Assembly (NCBI GenBank): GCA_013415695.1
Contig: JAAEEP010000003.1
Span: forward strand, 10,882 to 74,881
From: Methanomassiliicoccales archaeon
GTDB lineage: Archaea; Thermoplasmatota; Thermoplasmata; Methanomassiliicoccales; JAAEEP01
Length of the DNA stretch: 64,000 bases
Direction of reading: 5' to 3'
Shown piece by piece: positions 10,094-19,066 of this stretch (position 1 is the first letter of the stretch; each line of letters begins with the position of its first letter). The translations under genes and the position numbers were made by a program. The notes beneath the pieces were generated by a model. The model was not told the origin of the DNA. It saw nothing but the letters and a program-made list of their open reading frames with translations, and did not search any database.

Positions 10094-11475
10094 TCCTCCA
10101 TATCCTTGGTCATCAAGGCAAGTAGCAGAGCCCCCATCTTGTGCTGAGTCTCCATGTATTCCTTCTCGGGTATCGAGTCGTGGACGATTCCAGCGCCAGC
10201 CTGCAATCTAGCTCTCTTGCCGTGGAGAACAATGGAACGGATCACGATGCCGAAATCCATGTTGCCGTTGAAGTCAAAATAACCGGCAGCTCCTGCATAA
10301 GGCCCTCTTCGTTCATCTTCCAGATCTGAGATGATCTCCATTGCCCGAATCTTAGGTGCTCCGGTGACTGTTCCTGCGGGGAAGCATGCCTTCAAGGCAT
10401 CGAAAGCATCGAAAGAATCGTCAAGCTCGCTTTCAATATTGCTGACAATATGCTGGACATGGGAGAACTTCTCCACATTCATTAGCTCTGTCACTTTCAC
10501 AGTGCCCGTTCTGGATACTCTCCCCATATCATTTCTATGAAGATCCACCAGCATCAGGTGTTCAGCTCTTTCCTTGACGTCTAGAAGCATATCGAGCTTG
10601 AGCTTCTCGTCCTCCTCTGGATCTGGATCTCGTGGTCTAGTTCCCGCAAGAGGTCTGGTCGTGAGTTTAGTCCCCTTTAGCCTTACCAACATCTCAGGGG
10701 ATGAACCGATAAGCTTGGTCTCCCCGAAGTCCAGATAGAAGAGGTATGGCGAGGGATTCAAAGATCTGAGAACCCGATACATTTCCAATGGGTCCCCGTG
10801 AATCTCAAAATCAATGCTTCTGGATGGGACAACCTGAAAGATCTCACCCTCCATTATCATCTCCTTTGCCTCAACGACCTTGGATTCGAATTCCTCCTGG
10901 CTTGTGTTTGGGGTACCTCCTCGAATGACAATTCCAGTTTCTTCTTTCTCCCTTACCGTATTGAAAGCCTCTTTCAGTTCCCTCAGATCTCCATGGGAGA
11001 TCAGATAGGTCTTTTCATCCAGATGATCAATGCAGACCAAGTGTCGAGGTAGAACGAAGTACATGTCCGGTATCTCATCTTCTCCATCTGGAAGCTGAAT
11101 ACCTTCGAATTCACTCACCATCCCGTATCCGATGAAGCCGACCATTCCTCCCGAGAATGGTGCAAGGTCGGAAGCCCCGCAGTCAAATGACTTGAAGTGC
11201 CCTCTCAATGAGTCGTATGCCGAGGGAACGCGGTATGCGTTTTCATCAATCACAATCATGGTCCCTTTTGACCTGAAGGTAGAGATGGGATCGACGCCAA
11301 TGAATGAGTATCTAGCCGTCTTCTCCGGCCCCTCGACCGACTCAAGGAGGAAGCATTCCCCGGGGAACTTTTCCCTCAAGGAGGCAAATACAGACAGGGG
11401 ATCCTGCCTATGTTCATCTCTAACAGAAACGCTAGTGGGAAGGGCCAGGGTGTTTGAGAGCTTGTTTCCGCTCAC
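10090..11475 (-). CDS. trpE: Anthranilate synthase component I
   Basis: LLES, NPSPY, KERAEHLMLVDL, GAPKIRAM, QAGAGIV. Confidence 0.96.
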   Translation of the reverse strand: MSGNKLSNTLALPTSVSVRDEHRQDPLSVFASLREKFPGECFLLESVEGPEKTARYSFIGVDPISTFRSKGTMIVIDENAYRVPSAYDSLRGHFKSFDCGASDLAPFSGGMVGFIGYGMVSEFEGIQLPDGEDEIPDMYFVLPRHLVCIDHLDEKTYLISHGDLRELKEAFNTVREKEETGIVIRGGTPNTSQEEFESKVVEAKEMIMEGEIFQVVPSRSIDFEIHGDPLEMYRVLRSLNPSPYLFYLDFGETKLIGSSPEMLVRLKGTKLTTRPLAGTRPRDPDPEEDEKLKLDMLLDVKERAEHLMLVDLHRNDMGRVSRTGTVKVTELMNVEKFSHVQHIVSNIESELDDSFDAFDALKACFPAGTVTGAPKIRAMEIISDLEDERRGPYAGAAGYFDFNGNMDFGIVIRSIVLHGKRARLQAGAGIVHDSIPEKEYMETQHKMGALLLALMTKDMED

Positions 11476-11708
11476 TTCTCCCTGGTAGCCAAAGTAAATC
11501 CCTCATTTGAGTCATGTTGCGTCATATAGTAACTGTATTATAAATTACTTTGTAGTATAAATATATACATTTATGGATAAGTTACTACATTGGAAAAGAT
11601 AATGAAATATAACTATTTTAAAAGTAACTATTAATTTTATATGCTTAATTTAATAATTCAATGTATTGACTAATGTAAGATTCTAATCATAGCTCATTAG
11701 TTGAAATA

Positions 11709-12098
11709 TCATCCTTCAATATTCTCCCAAAGCCCCAAAACGTTGCCTTCGCTGTCCCTGACAACTGAAAAGAAGGCTATGTCCAGTATTGGGTTTTTGG
11801 GTCTGATGATCTCTCCCCCTTCGGAAACGACTCTCTTCAAGCATTCATCAACAGATTCCACTTCAATCTCTAGAAAAGTACCTTCAAGGCCATGAGTCCC
11901 CCTCTTGTAGAACCCACCATTTATCGCACCCGGAATCATCACTTCTCCATTTTCGTCAACTGGAGCCGTATTGGCTGCGTGGAAATCTCCCCCACTACCT
12001 GGAACTGGAATGATTTTCCAGCCAAAAACACTTCGATAGAAGTTCTTGGCCCTTTCCATATCATCGACAGGTATGTCAAATGCCCTAACCTTATCCAT
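11709..12098 (-). CDS. VOC/glyoxalase family protein
   Basis: DIPVDDMERAKNFYRSVFGW...DSEGNVLGLWE. Confidence 0.9.
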   Translation of the reverse strand: MDKVRAFDIPVDDMERAKNFYRSVFGWKIIPVPGSGGDFHAANTAPVDENGEVMIPGAINGGFYKRGTHGLEGTFLEIEVESVDECLKRVVSEGGEIIRPKNPILDIAFFSVVRDSEGNVLGLWENIEG

Positions 12099-12249
12099 CT
12101 TGAATCCTCAGTGCATAATTGCTTAATCTAACCATTATTTTTTTCATGTAATATAACTGGAAATCCAACCCAGTTCCTTCAATCAGTATGAAAGCCTTTT
12201 CAGAATGAATTAATACCCAGAGCTATTACACTGTTAATAGGTGCATTGA

Positions 12250-13443
12250 TTGGCAAATGAAAGCAGACTCACCGATGTTCTGGAATATCTTGAAGGAGTC
12301 CTGGAGGATGACCCTCAAAACGACAGGGCGCTCATATTGAAAACAGAAGCTCTCATGTTTCTTAAGCGGTACGAGGAAGCCTTGGATTCAATCGAGATCG
12401 CCGTATCAACAGGTCCCTTCAATATGAAAGCCATTCTCAAGAAGGTCGATGTTCTGACCTTTATGAGGGACTATGAAAAGGCACTCGATGTGGTGAGCCA
12501 GGCTGTTGAGATAATCGACACGGATGAAGCTGCTCTCTTGAAGAAAGCACTTCTTCTGTGGATACTCGATAAGAATAAACAATCTTCTGATACGTTTGAC
12601 AGGCTGATTAAAGTAAATCCAGAAGGAAGAATGGCTAGAAAGATAAATGGCACACTTTTTGGATATCTGGCCAATTCAAGAGAAGGCTTGCCCGCTGTGA
12701 ACAAGATACTCGAGTTCGCCCCTTTCAGTGAAAAGGCACTTCTAATGAAAGCAACCATCCTCCGAACCCTTAACAAGGATGAAGAGGCCATTCAGCCTTT
12801 GGACGTTATCCTCGAATTCAACCCAAAGAATGAGGATGCCCTGCACTTGAAGGCATCGACTCTGAATTACCTCGATAGGTATCAGGAGGCATTGAGCATG
12901 CTTGACGACCTCATTGCCCTTGATCCGATGAATGAAGATTATCTGATTGAGAAAGGAAGAGCCCTCTGGTTACTTGATAAGAATTCTGAGGCGGAGAAGT
13001 TATTCGACCAAATATTGTCTATTTCACCCGACAACGAGGAAGCGCTGATGCTCAAAGGCTTCGTCATGAGGTGCAATGGGCAACACGAGGAAGCACTGAA
13101 GCTTCTCGATGAAGCTCTCCGACGAAATCCAGATGAGTCCAGCATACTCCTGACAAAAGCGGAGGATCTTAGAGCACTTGGCCGGAACGAGGAGGCATTA
13201 TCTATCGTTGACGAAGTCCTTGAAAAGGAACCAAATAATACCCGAGCTCTCCTCATAAAAGCCGATTCCCTTGTCCGTATTGGGCAAGGGAAGAAAGCCT
13301 TGAAGATAACCGAGAAGATATTGCTTAAGGACGAGGACAACGAACTTGCCCTGTTGATCAAAATAGAGGCCTTCAGGTCTTTGAAACTGATTGACGGTCT
13401 ACTCAATACAATTGAGAAGATTATCGAACTCAATAACGATTGA
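12250..13443 (+). CDS. Tetratricopeptide repeat protein
   Basis: About 34-aa periodicity of P-x-N..AL..K...L....EEAL repeats across the whole protein. Confidence 0.9.
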   Translation: MANESRLTDVLEYLEGVLEDDPQNDRALILKTEALMFLKRYEEALDSIEIAVSTGPFNMKAILKKVDVLTFMRDYEKALDVVSQAVEIIDTDEAALLKKALLLWILDKNKQSSDTFDRLIKVNPEGRMARKINGTLFGYLANSREGLPAVNKILEFAPFSEKALLMKATILRTLNKDEEAIQPLDVILEFNPKNEDALHLKASTLNYLDRYQEALSMLDDLIALDPMNEDYLIEKGRALWLLDKNSEAEKLFDQILSISPDNEEALMLKGFVMRCNGQHEEALKLLDEALRRNPDESSILLTKAEDLRALGRNEEALSIVDEVLEKEPNNTRALLIKADSLVRIGQGKKALKITEKILLKDEDNELALLIKIEAFRSLKLIDGLLNTIEKIIELNND

Positions 13444-13580
13444 GATGATTTCGAGTACTGACCCTCTCATTTTTCCCATTATTAAACAGCGATAATGAAA
13501 TATAATACGGAATGTGAAATCGTTTATGAACTTGTCATGATCGCGCCAATACGATCGATCATGTAGGGAGGGGGGGACAA

Positions 13581-14297
13581 ATGAAAGTAACAAACCTAGT
13601 GATTGGCGTTATCGTGATTCTCGCCGCTCTTATGATGTTTAGCGTCTCCATAGTCGCAGTATCTTCCGAGACAAAGGCCAAGGGCGATTGTGATATCAGC
13701 AAGATGGTAGAGAATGGTGACATCGACGAGACCATAATTGTACCATTCCCTAGCGGTGAAGATATTCAGGATATTCTTGAGTCTCTTGATCCAGAAGTCC
13801 AAGATACTATCATTGCATGGGCATTAGAGAATCCTGAAAAAGCCGATTTGATCCGGGCTCTGGTCGATTCCATCGACGAAGTCCAGATGGTCTTGGATGG
13901 TAAGTACCATATCAATGCCCATGTTTGGGAGAGAAATGGATGTGGCGATGCAAATGTACATTTCCACTGGAAGGGATCGATTTCTATATCTTTCCTTCAT
14001 TATGAGAATGGTGAGGTAGTCGATACACTGACAATCGATATGGATGTCAAGTGCTTCCAATTCATTCTCCATCTGAAGGACATATGCATTGAGAACAATC
14101 AGATCTGCATCGACAAGGTAATGGTCAACACCATTCTCAGGGGCGAGATGTCTATTACTTCTGACCTTCAAGTGGAGTACCTGCCTCTTGAGCTTGACCT
14201 CTGGTCCCATCTTATTCTTAAGATACAGGATGGAGAAGTCATCATGTTCAAAGTATGGCTGCCATCCTGGTTTGGAATGCTTGTAGCGACGATCTGA
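13581..14297 (+). CDS. Hypothetical exported/membrane-anchored protein
   Basis: Hydrophobic N-terminal segment; GGAGG SD upstream. Confidence 0.7.
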   Translation: MKVTNLVIGVIVILAALMMFSVSIVAVSSETKAKGDCDISKMVENGDIDETIIVPFPSGEDIQDILESLDPEVQDTIIAWALENPEKADLIRALVDSIDEVQMVLDGKYHINAHVWERNGCGDANVHFHWKGSISISFLHYENGEVVDTLTIDMDVKCFQFILHLKDICIENNQICIDKVMVNTILRGEMSITSDLQVEYLPLELDLWSHLILKIQDGEVIMFKVWLPSWFGMLVATI

Positions 14298-14428
14298 ACT
14301 CAAACTCTTACTTTTCTTGATTTTTTCTTAGAGATATCGTCAATTATACTCCAACAATTATAAGTACTAAATTAATTAAGGTAGTAATTTAACATATTAA
14401 ATTTAATAAGATGAATAAGAAAATGGAA

Positions 14429-14569
14429 TTAGGAATTGTCTTTTTGGGACTCTTCATAGAGATCACAGAGTTCATTGAGAAACTCTTCATAGGTCTTTCT
14501 GAATTTGAGTCTGTAAAGGCGGTCGCGAGTGTCGGTCGAGATTTGAATGCTTGTTTTCTTATCTTCCAT
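14429..14569 (-). CDS. Small ribbon-helix-helix-like DNA-binding protein (46 aa; absent from the ORF track)
   Basis: GGAGG SD then MEDKKTSIQISTDTRDRLYRLKFRKTYEEFLNELCDLYEESQKDNS*; GC-richer island within AT-rich DNA; T-rich tract downstream. Confidence 0.8.
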   Translation of the reverse strand: MEDKKTSIQISTDTRDRLYRLKFRKTYEEFLNELCDLYEESQKDNS

Positions 14570-15194
14570 TAGATTCCTCCTATTGATGCGTATAATATCA
14601 TAGTATCTATATTGATTATAGATATAATTGTGTATGTTAATATATATAATTGACTAATTACATATATAATAATACATATTGTAATTTATAATTCAAACAA
14701 TTATTCTTTCAGTATTTACAACATGCATATTATTATAGAAATTATAGAATTATAGTAATATTTTATATCTAAATTATGTTACTTCTATGTATATACATAA
14801 TAATATACAGCGTATCACGCAATTTAGTCAACGACGGTCTCCCGAATATCAACTTAAGTATCCTAAGAAATACGTTTTCTTCCCCCATTTCGACCCCAAT
14901 ATATGGTTTTTAATCTTGCTACATGTTATCACGTGTTCAAATTCAATTTGATATTAGATCTATCTCGGGAAAATCAGGATAGAAAATTCGAATCCTCGAT
15001 AGATCAAAGTAGAATCTCTTACCTAGAATCAAGGTCAAGAGATCTGAAAATCGTTCAATATAGCATAATACTAAAATAATATAGAAAATATTGATAATAA
15101 CTAATATTATAAATGTAATTACTAAATATGTCTAATTTTCATCATCAAGATAGAGATTCTAGATATTGACAATCTTGGGGGACTCATGATGAAG

Positions 15195-15911
15195 CTAATC
15201 ATTCTCTAGAACGAAGTACATCCGCCTGTTGTTCTTCCCTTTGTTCTTCATCTTTGTGAGTTTGATTCTGCCAATTTCAGAAGTGTGTAATACATGACAA
15301 CCACCATCCGGTTGTTTGTCGAACCCTTTGATATCTACGATTCTTACCCTTTCGATGTCTTCAGGTAGTCCCATCAACAATTTTGTTAGATTAGGATCAA
15401 CTTCAAGCTCTTCTCGTGTGATGTGATATGTCTCAACGGGAAGATCCTGAAATACGATCTCATTTGCTTTCTCTACGTAGCTTTCGATCTTTTCTCTATC
15501 AAAATCTTCAAGGGTGAAATCCATTCTGCCTCCGTCGATATCAATCTCATTACCACCGATTTTCACATTGCCCCTGACCCAGAACGCACCGCTTAGAATG
15601 TGGGCAGCGGTATGATGTCTCATGAGTCGATATCTCCTTTCCCATTCTATTCGACCGATTACCTCATCCCCTTTCTTAAGCCCCTCATGGTCTACCTCAT
15701 GGGAAATTTCTCCGTCGGACTTTCCTACGGAAATTACCTTGAACTCTAAACCATCAGATTTTCTAATTATTTCTCCAGTGTCGCAGGCAACTCCTCCTGA
15801 CCTGGGATAGAAAGCTGTTCGATCTAGAACAACATCTTTATCATTTACAAAGACCACCTTGGCATCGAATTCTTTCAAGAACATATCATCCAGGTACAAG
15901 AGCTCGGTCAT
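15195..15911 (-). CDS. alaX: Alanyl-tRNA editing protein AlaX (AlaX-M type)
   Basis: LDRTAFYPRSGG, MRHHTAAHIL, DGGCHV, KNKGKNNRR. Confidence 0.92.
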   Translation of the reverse strand: MTELLYLDDMFLKEFDAKVVFVNDKDVVLDRTAFYPRSGGVACDTGEIIRKSDGLEFKVISVGKSDGEISHEVDHEGLKKGDEVIGRIEWERRYRLMRHHTAAHILSGAFWVRGNVKIGGNEIDIDGGRMDFTLEDFDREKIESYVEKANEIVFQDLPVETYHITREELEVDPNLTKLLMGLPEDIERVRIVDIKGFDKQPDGGCHVLHTSEIGRIKLTKMKNKGKNNRRMYFVLEND

Positions 15912-16149
15912 GCAAACGCCTCTCATATTACTGAAGAAGATTTAGTTTGAAGAAACTATCGATTGAGCTAACAATAGCATCATTGTCTCGCTAGAAATTC
16001 GAGGTCCATTAATAGAGATGTTCTTCACGGGATAATGTCGCCACATGATTATATTTCCAGCATTATGTTAAATAAAGGAAATAAGGGAATTGGTTTGTAA
16101 GAGGTTTTCGTGGCCTAATGTCCTTCATTCAATCTCCTTAGGAAGGGTT

Positions 16150-16698
16150 TCATCCCTTCACAAGGAGAGGAAGGACCATGTCTCCCTTGACCGTGTTGGT
16201 CACAATCGCCAAGCCTAGATAGGAGGCGAAAATGCCCAGCAGCGCCAGGAAGACGCCTGACAGAGTCTTCAGTGTCTCTCCACCATCGATCCACCAGTAT
16301 CCAACAAGGATTAGGGCGATAGCAGCTACAAAGAGGACAATGGTCACCATCCTGACAGGTTGTGCCAAGGAAATGATGCCCATTACCAGCAGGTATACGC
16401 CCATGAAGAGAATCAACGTGGAGACCGCCTCAGGCGTGTCTGCTATTACGGTAGGAAACACGTAGAAGAATACTGCAAGGGGGCCGAACAGAGCGGTTCC
16501 AAACAGATTGTCGTTCAGGAAAGCCATAATGGTTACTGCGGCCAGGGCGATTCCCACAATACCGCTGAGTCCTCCGACCATGAAACTTAGTCCATACTGG
16601 TCGAAGAATACAAAAGCCATCATGAAGGCTATCCAGCCTATCAGTATGACCCCGAAGGCATCCGCCATCGCGACCTTAATTTTTGTCTCATCTGACAT
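16150..16698 (-). CDS. Six-TM transporter, probable GPR1/FUN34/YaaH (SatP acetate uptake) family
   Basis: Six hydrophobic segments; N-x-FG-x-A-x-F and Y-x-G-L-A...N...G...LP patterns. Confidence 0.65.
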   Translation of the reverse strand: MSDETKIKVAMADAFGVILIGWIAFMMAFVFFDQYGLSFMVGGLSGIVGIALAAVTIMAFLNDNLFGTALFGPLAVFFYVFPTVIADTPEAVSTLILFMGVYLLVMGIISLAQPVRMVTIVLFVAAIALILVGYWWIDGGETLKTLSGVFLALLGIFASYLGLAIVTNTVKGDMVLPLLVKG

Positions 16699-16740
16699 GT
16701 TGTACACTCCAGATGTTAGTTCCATTCAAAAGGAATCTTG

Positions 16741-16880
16741 ACTGAGGGTTCCTCAGTATCATAATAATGGCCCCCCCAAGCCATGTTCTGCAATCATTTC
16801 GAGTTGCATCCGATCCCTTCCTCACAGATCTAGGACCTTTATCAGGTCTAGACAGCGAATCCTCAGGCATCCATTATTAT
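16741..16880 (-). ncRNA. Candidate structured 5' leader RNA
   Basis: 10-bp closing stem plus four hairpins, starting about 25 nt downstream of a TATA-like element. Confidence 0.45.
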
Positions 16881-17168
16881 ACTTTATCTATTAAGAATGT
16901 TAAAATTATAATATTTTCTATAACGTCTGAATAAAGGCTAAAATTCATCATATTAACAAATAATAACCAATTTATTCATCAATATGATTAAATATTCAAA
17001 GCCAATGTGCCAGAATCTCTAATTTGTTATCAAACAGGAATTAACTCTTTTTGTTCGTCATTCGTCGTGATATTCTTCGTATCGTTCCGAACTATTTTTC
17101 AATTCTTAATTATTGGAATTTGAAAGCTCACATTATTGTGGAAACGCCCCAATCATGCGCGTGTTTCA

Positions 17169-18032
17169 TCATAACTGGATGGTCAGTTCACCTTCACTAG
17201 AAACTCCATCTTTCTTCATAGGAAGTTCAATGAATTTCTGATGTTTTGGATTTTTTATCCGGGAAGCAATAATCCTCTGAACTTCGTTGAAGTCCTCAAT
17301 GGAAACCAATGGTTTATGTTGCGAGGAAATGATCAAATTGTCCCATCTGAGAAAACCAGCATATACTGGGTTATGAAGGATGCGGCTTATTGACCACAGG
17401 GTCCAGAGATTATCTTTTTTGGTCGGTATGTCCTGTCTATTGAGATCCCAGGAAATCCAGTCCATTGTCTGCCCCGCTAGGTACGCTTTGAAAATATGTC
17501 TGACTTTTTCGGCCTCAAATTCTTCAGGAGCCAGTCCATCTTCTTTTAATTCATAACCGTAGGGTATCCTGAAACCGAGCAGACCATCACCTGATTCTGC
17601 TTTTTGCTTCATACCCATATATGTTCGCTCACCGATCTGCTCACTTTCAAGCTGAGCGATCCTTTGGATGATGTCCACAACAAATCTACCAACTGCATTG
17701 GAGGTATCGAGCGACTCCTGCATAGAGGCAAACTTCTTCCCCCAACTTTCGAGGTTCTCCATCATAATCATAAAGTTCTTGCTGTTCCTGTGAATGCGGT
17801 CCATCTTGAGTACCAGAATGGTATCCCACGAGTCGCGTTGTTCGATCATCCGTTGGTATTCCGGTCGTTGGGTATTCCTTCCGCTGTGTCCTTCATCTAC
17901 ATAGAAATCGGTGATTGTCCAGCCTTGAGCCTCACAATAGGCCTCGAGACGTTCCTTCTGGGCGTCCAGGGAGTATCCTTCCTTTGCCTGATCATCCGTC
18001 GATACCCTAGTGTAGATGGCAACCCTAGACAC
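17169..18032 (-). CDS. Serine recombinase (resolvase + recombinase domains), copy 2
   Basis: AIYTRVSTDDQ, DEGHSG, KMDRIHRN, PYGY, ILHNPVYAG, HKPLVS; GTG start at 18032. Confidence 0.92.
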   Translation of the reverse strand: MSRVAIYTRVSTDDQAKEGYSLDAQKERLEAYCEAQGWTITDFYVDEGHSGRNTQRPEYQRMIEQRDSWDTILVLKMDRIHRNSKNFMIMMENLESWGKKFASMQESLDTSNAVGRFVVDIIQRIAQLESEQIGERTYMGMKQKAESGDGLLGFRIPYGYELKEDGLAPEEFEAEKVRHIFKAYLAGQTMDWISWDLNRQDIPTKKDNLWTLWSISRILHNPVYAGFLRWDNLIISSQHKPLVSIEDFNEVQRIIASRIKNPKHQKFIELPMKKDGVSSEGELTIQL

Positions 18033-18885
18033 CGATCTCACCCATCTCCTGCTCAACAAGAGTGAGTTCACCGAGCCTCTCACGATTCCTTATTCCTCGC
18101 CTCATCCGGATCTGTACCCGGTTGAATACTTCTCTTGAGATTATTGGATCATGTTCCCTCTGACGAAGGATTCCGTCCCATCGAATGAAGCCGCAGTAAA
18201 GGGGATTCTTCAACATCTTGGATATCGCTTGCTTGCTCCACTCCTTCCCGGTCTTAGAGGGCACACCAAGATGATTTAGCGATTCGGCAATCTCCCGCAG
18301 ACTCATTCCATCTAAGTATCGTCGGAAGATATCCTTCGCGATATTCGCCTCTTCTTCAATGATGGTCAAACCCCCATCTTTATATGAATATCCATAGGGG
18401 TGTCCGGAGCCCAGATAGCCATTTCCCCTTCTTGCTTTTTGCGTCATCCCGAACTTTACTCTTTCACCTATCTGTTCACTCTCCAACTGGGCGATTCTTT
18501 GTATGATGTCCATTACAAATCGGCCCATTGCGGTGGTAGTGTCGAAACTTTCCTGCATGGAGTTGAATTCCTTTCCCCACTCCCGCAGGTCATCCATCAT
18601 GAGTGTGAAGTTCTTGCTGTTCCTGTGAATGCGGTCCATCTTCAGAACGACAAGAACGTCCCAGAGATCTCTTTCAACCATCATTCTTTGGTAAGCTGGG
18701 CGATTGACTTCTCTCCCACTATGGCCGTCATCAATGTAACGGTCAGTTGGTTCCCAACCTCTGGCCTTGCAATAGGATTCCAGGCGCTTCAGTTGGGCAG
18801 CTATGCTGAAACCTTCCTTGGCCTGATCTTCCGTCGATACTCTAGCATAAAGGGCCGCTCTCAGTTGGGAACCTCCTTCTGACAA
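18025..18885 (-). CDS. Serine recombinase (resolvase + recombinase domains), copy 1
   Basis: ALYARVSTEDQ, DDGHSG, KMDRIHRN, PYGY, LKNPLYCG, HDPIIS; true start may be CTG at 18864. Confidence 0.92.
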   Translation of the reverse strand: MSEGGSQLRAALYARVSTEDQAKEGFSIAAQLKRLESYCKARGWEPTDRYIDDGHSGREVNRPAYQRMMVERDLWDVLVVLKMDRIHRNSKNFTLMMDDLREWGKEFNSMQESFDTTTAMGRFVMDIIQRIAQLESEQIGERVKFGMTQKARRGNGYLGSGHPYGYSYKDGGLTIIEEEANIAKDIFRRYLDGMSLREIAESLNHLGVPSKTGKEWSKQAISKMLKNPLYCGFIRWDGILRQREHDPIISREVFNRVQIRMRRGIRNRERLGELTLVEQEMGEIGV

Positions 18886-18944
18886 ATGTATGACAATTAT
18901 TCGAATATTTAATTAATATGTCAGACATTTCAGCTACTGAAATG
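18884..18944. promoter_or_regulatory. Inverted-repeat cluster in the recombinase/OB-fold divergent promoter region
   Basis: AAATGTATGACA-N23-TGTCAGACATTT (11/12 match) and CATTTCAG-cta-CTGAAATG. Confidence 0.55.
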
Positions 18945-19066
18945 ATGTCCTGGAAGATCGCTATTCTTGAATTGGATGAGAATATGATGAGATTTTTTAG
19001 TAAGAGCGAAAAAGGTAGTAATGATAACTCTAATAGTAGAAACTCAAATTAAATAATGGATATGGG

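Noticed and set aside
14580-15190. Definite replication origin
   Set aside because: No full ORB repeats and no cdc6/orc1 in the window; kept only as a low-interest finding
16815-16870. TPP riboswitch or hammerhead resemblance (CTGAGG, ACCTGAT...GTGAGG; CTGAGGA...GAAA)
   Set aside because: No P2/P3 arm or CUGAGA/GCG consensus for TPP; no proper stem II for a hammerhead
18025-18032. Amber readthrough fusing the two recombinases
   Set aside because: The two genes are in different reading frames
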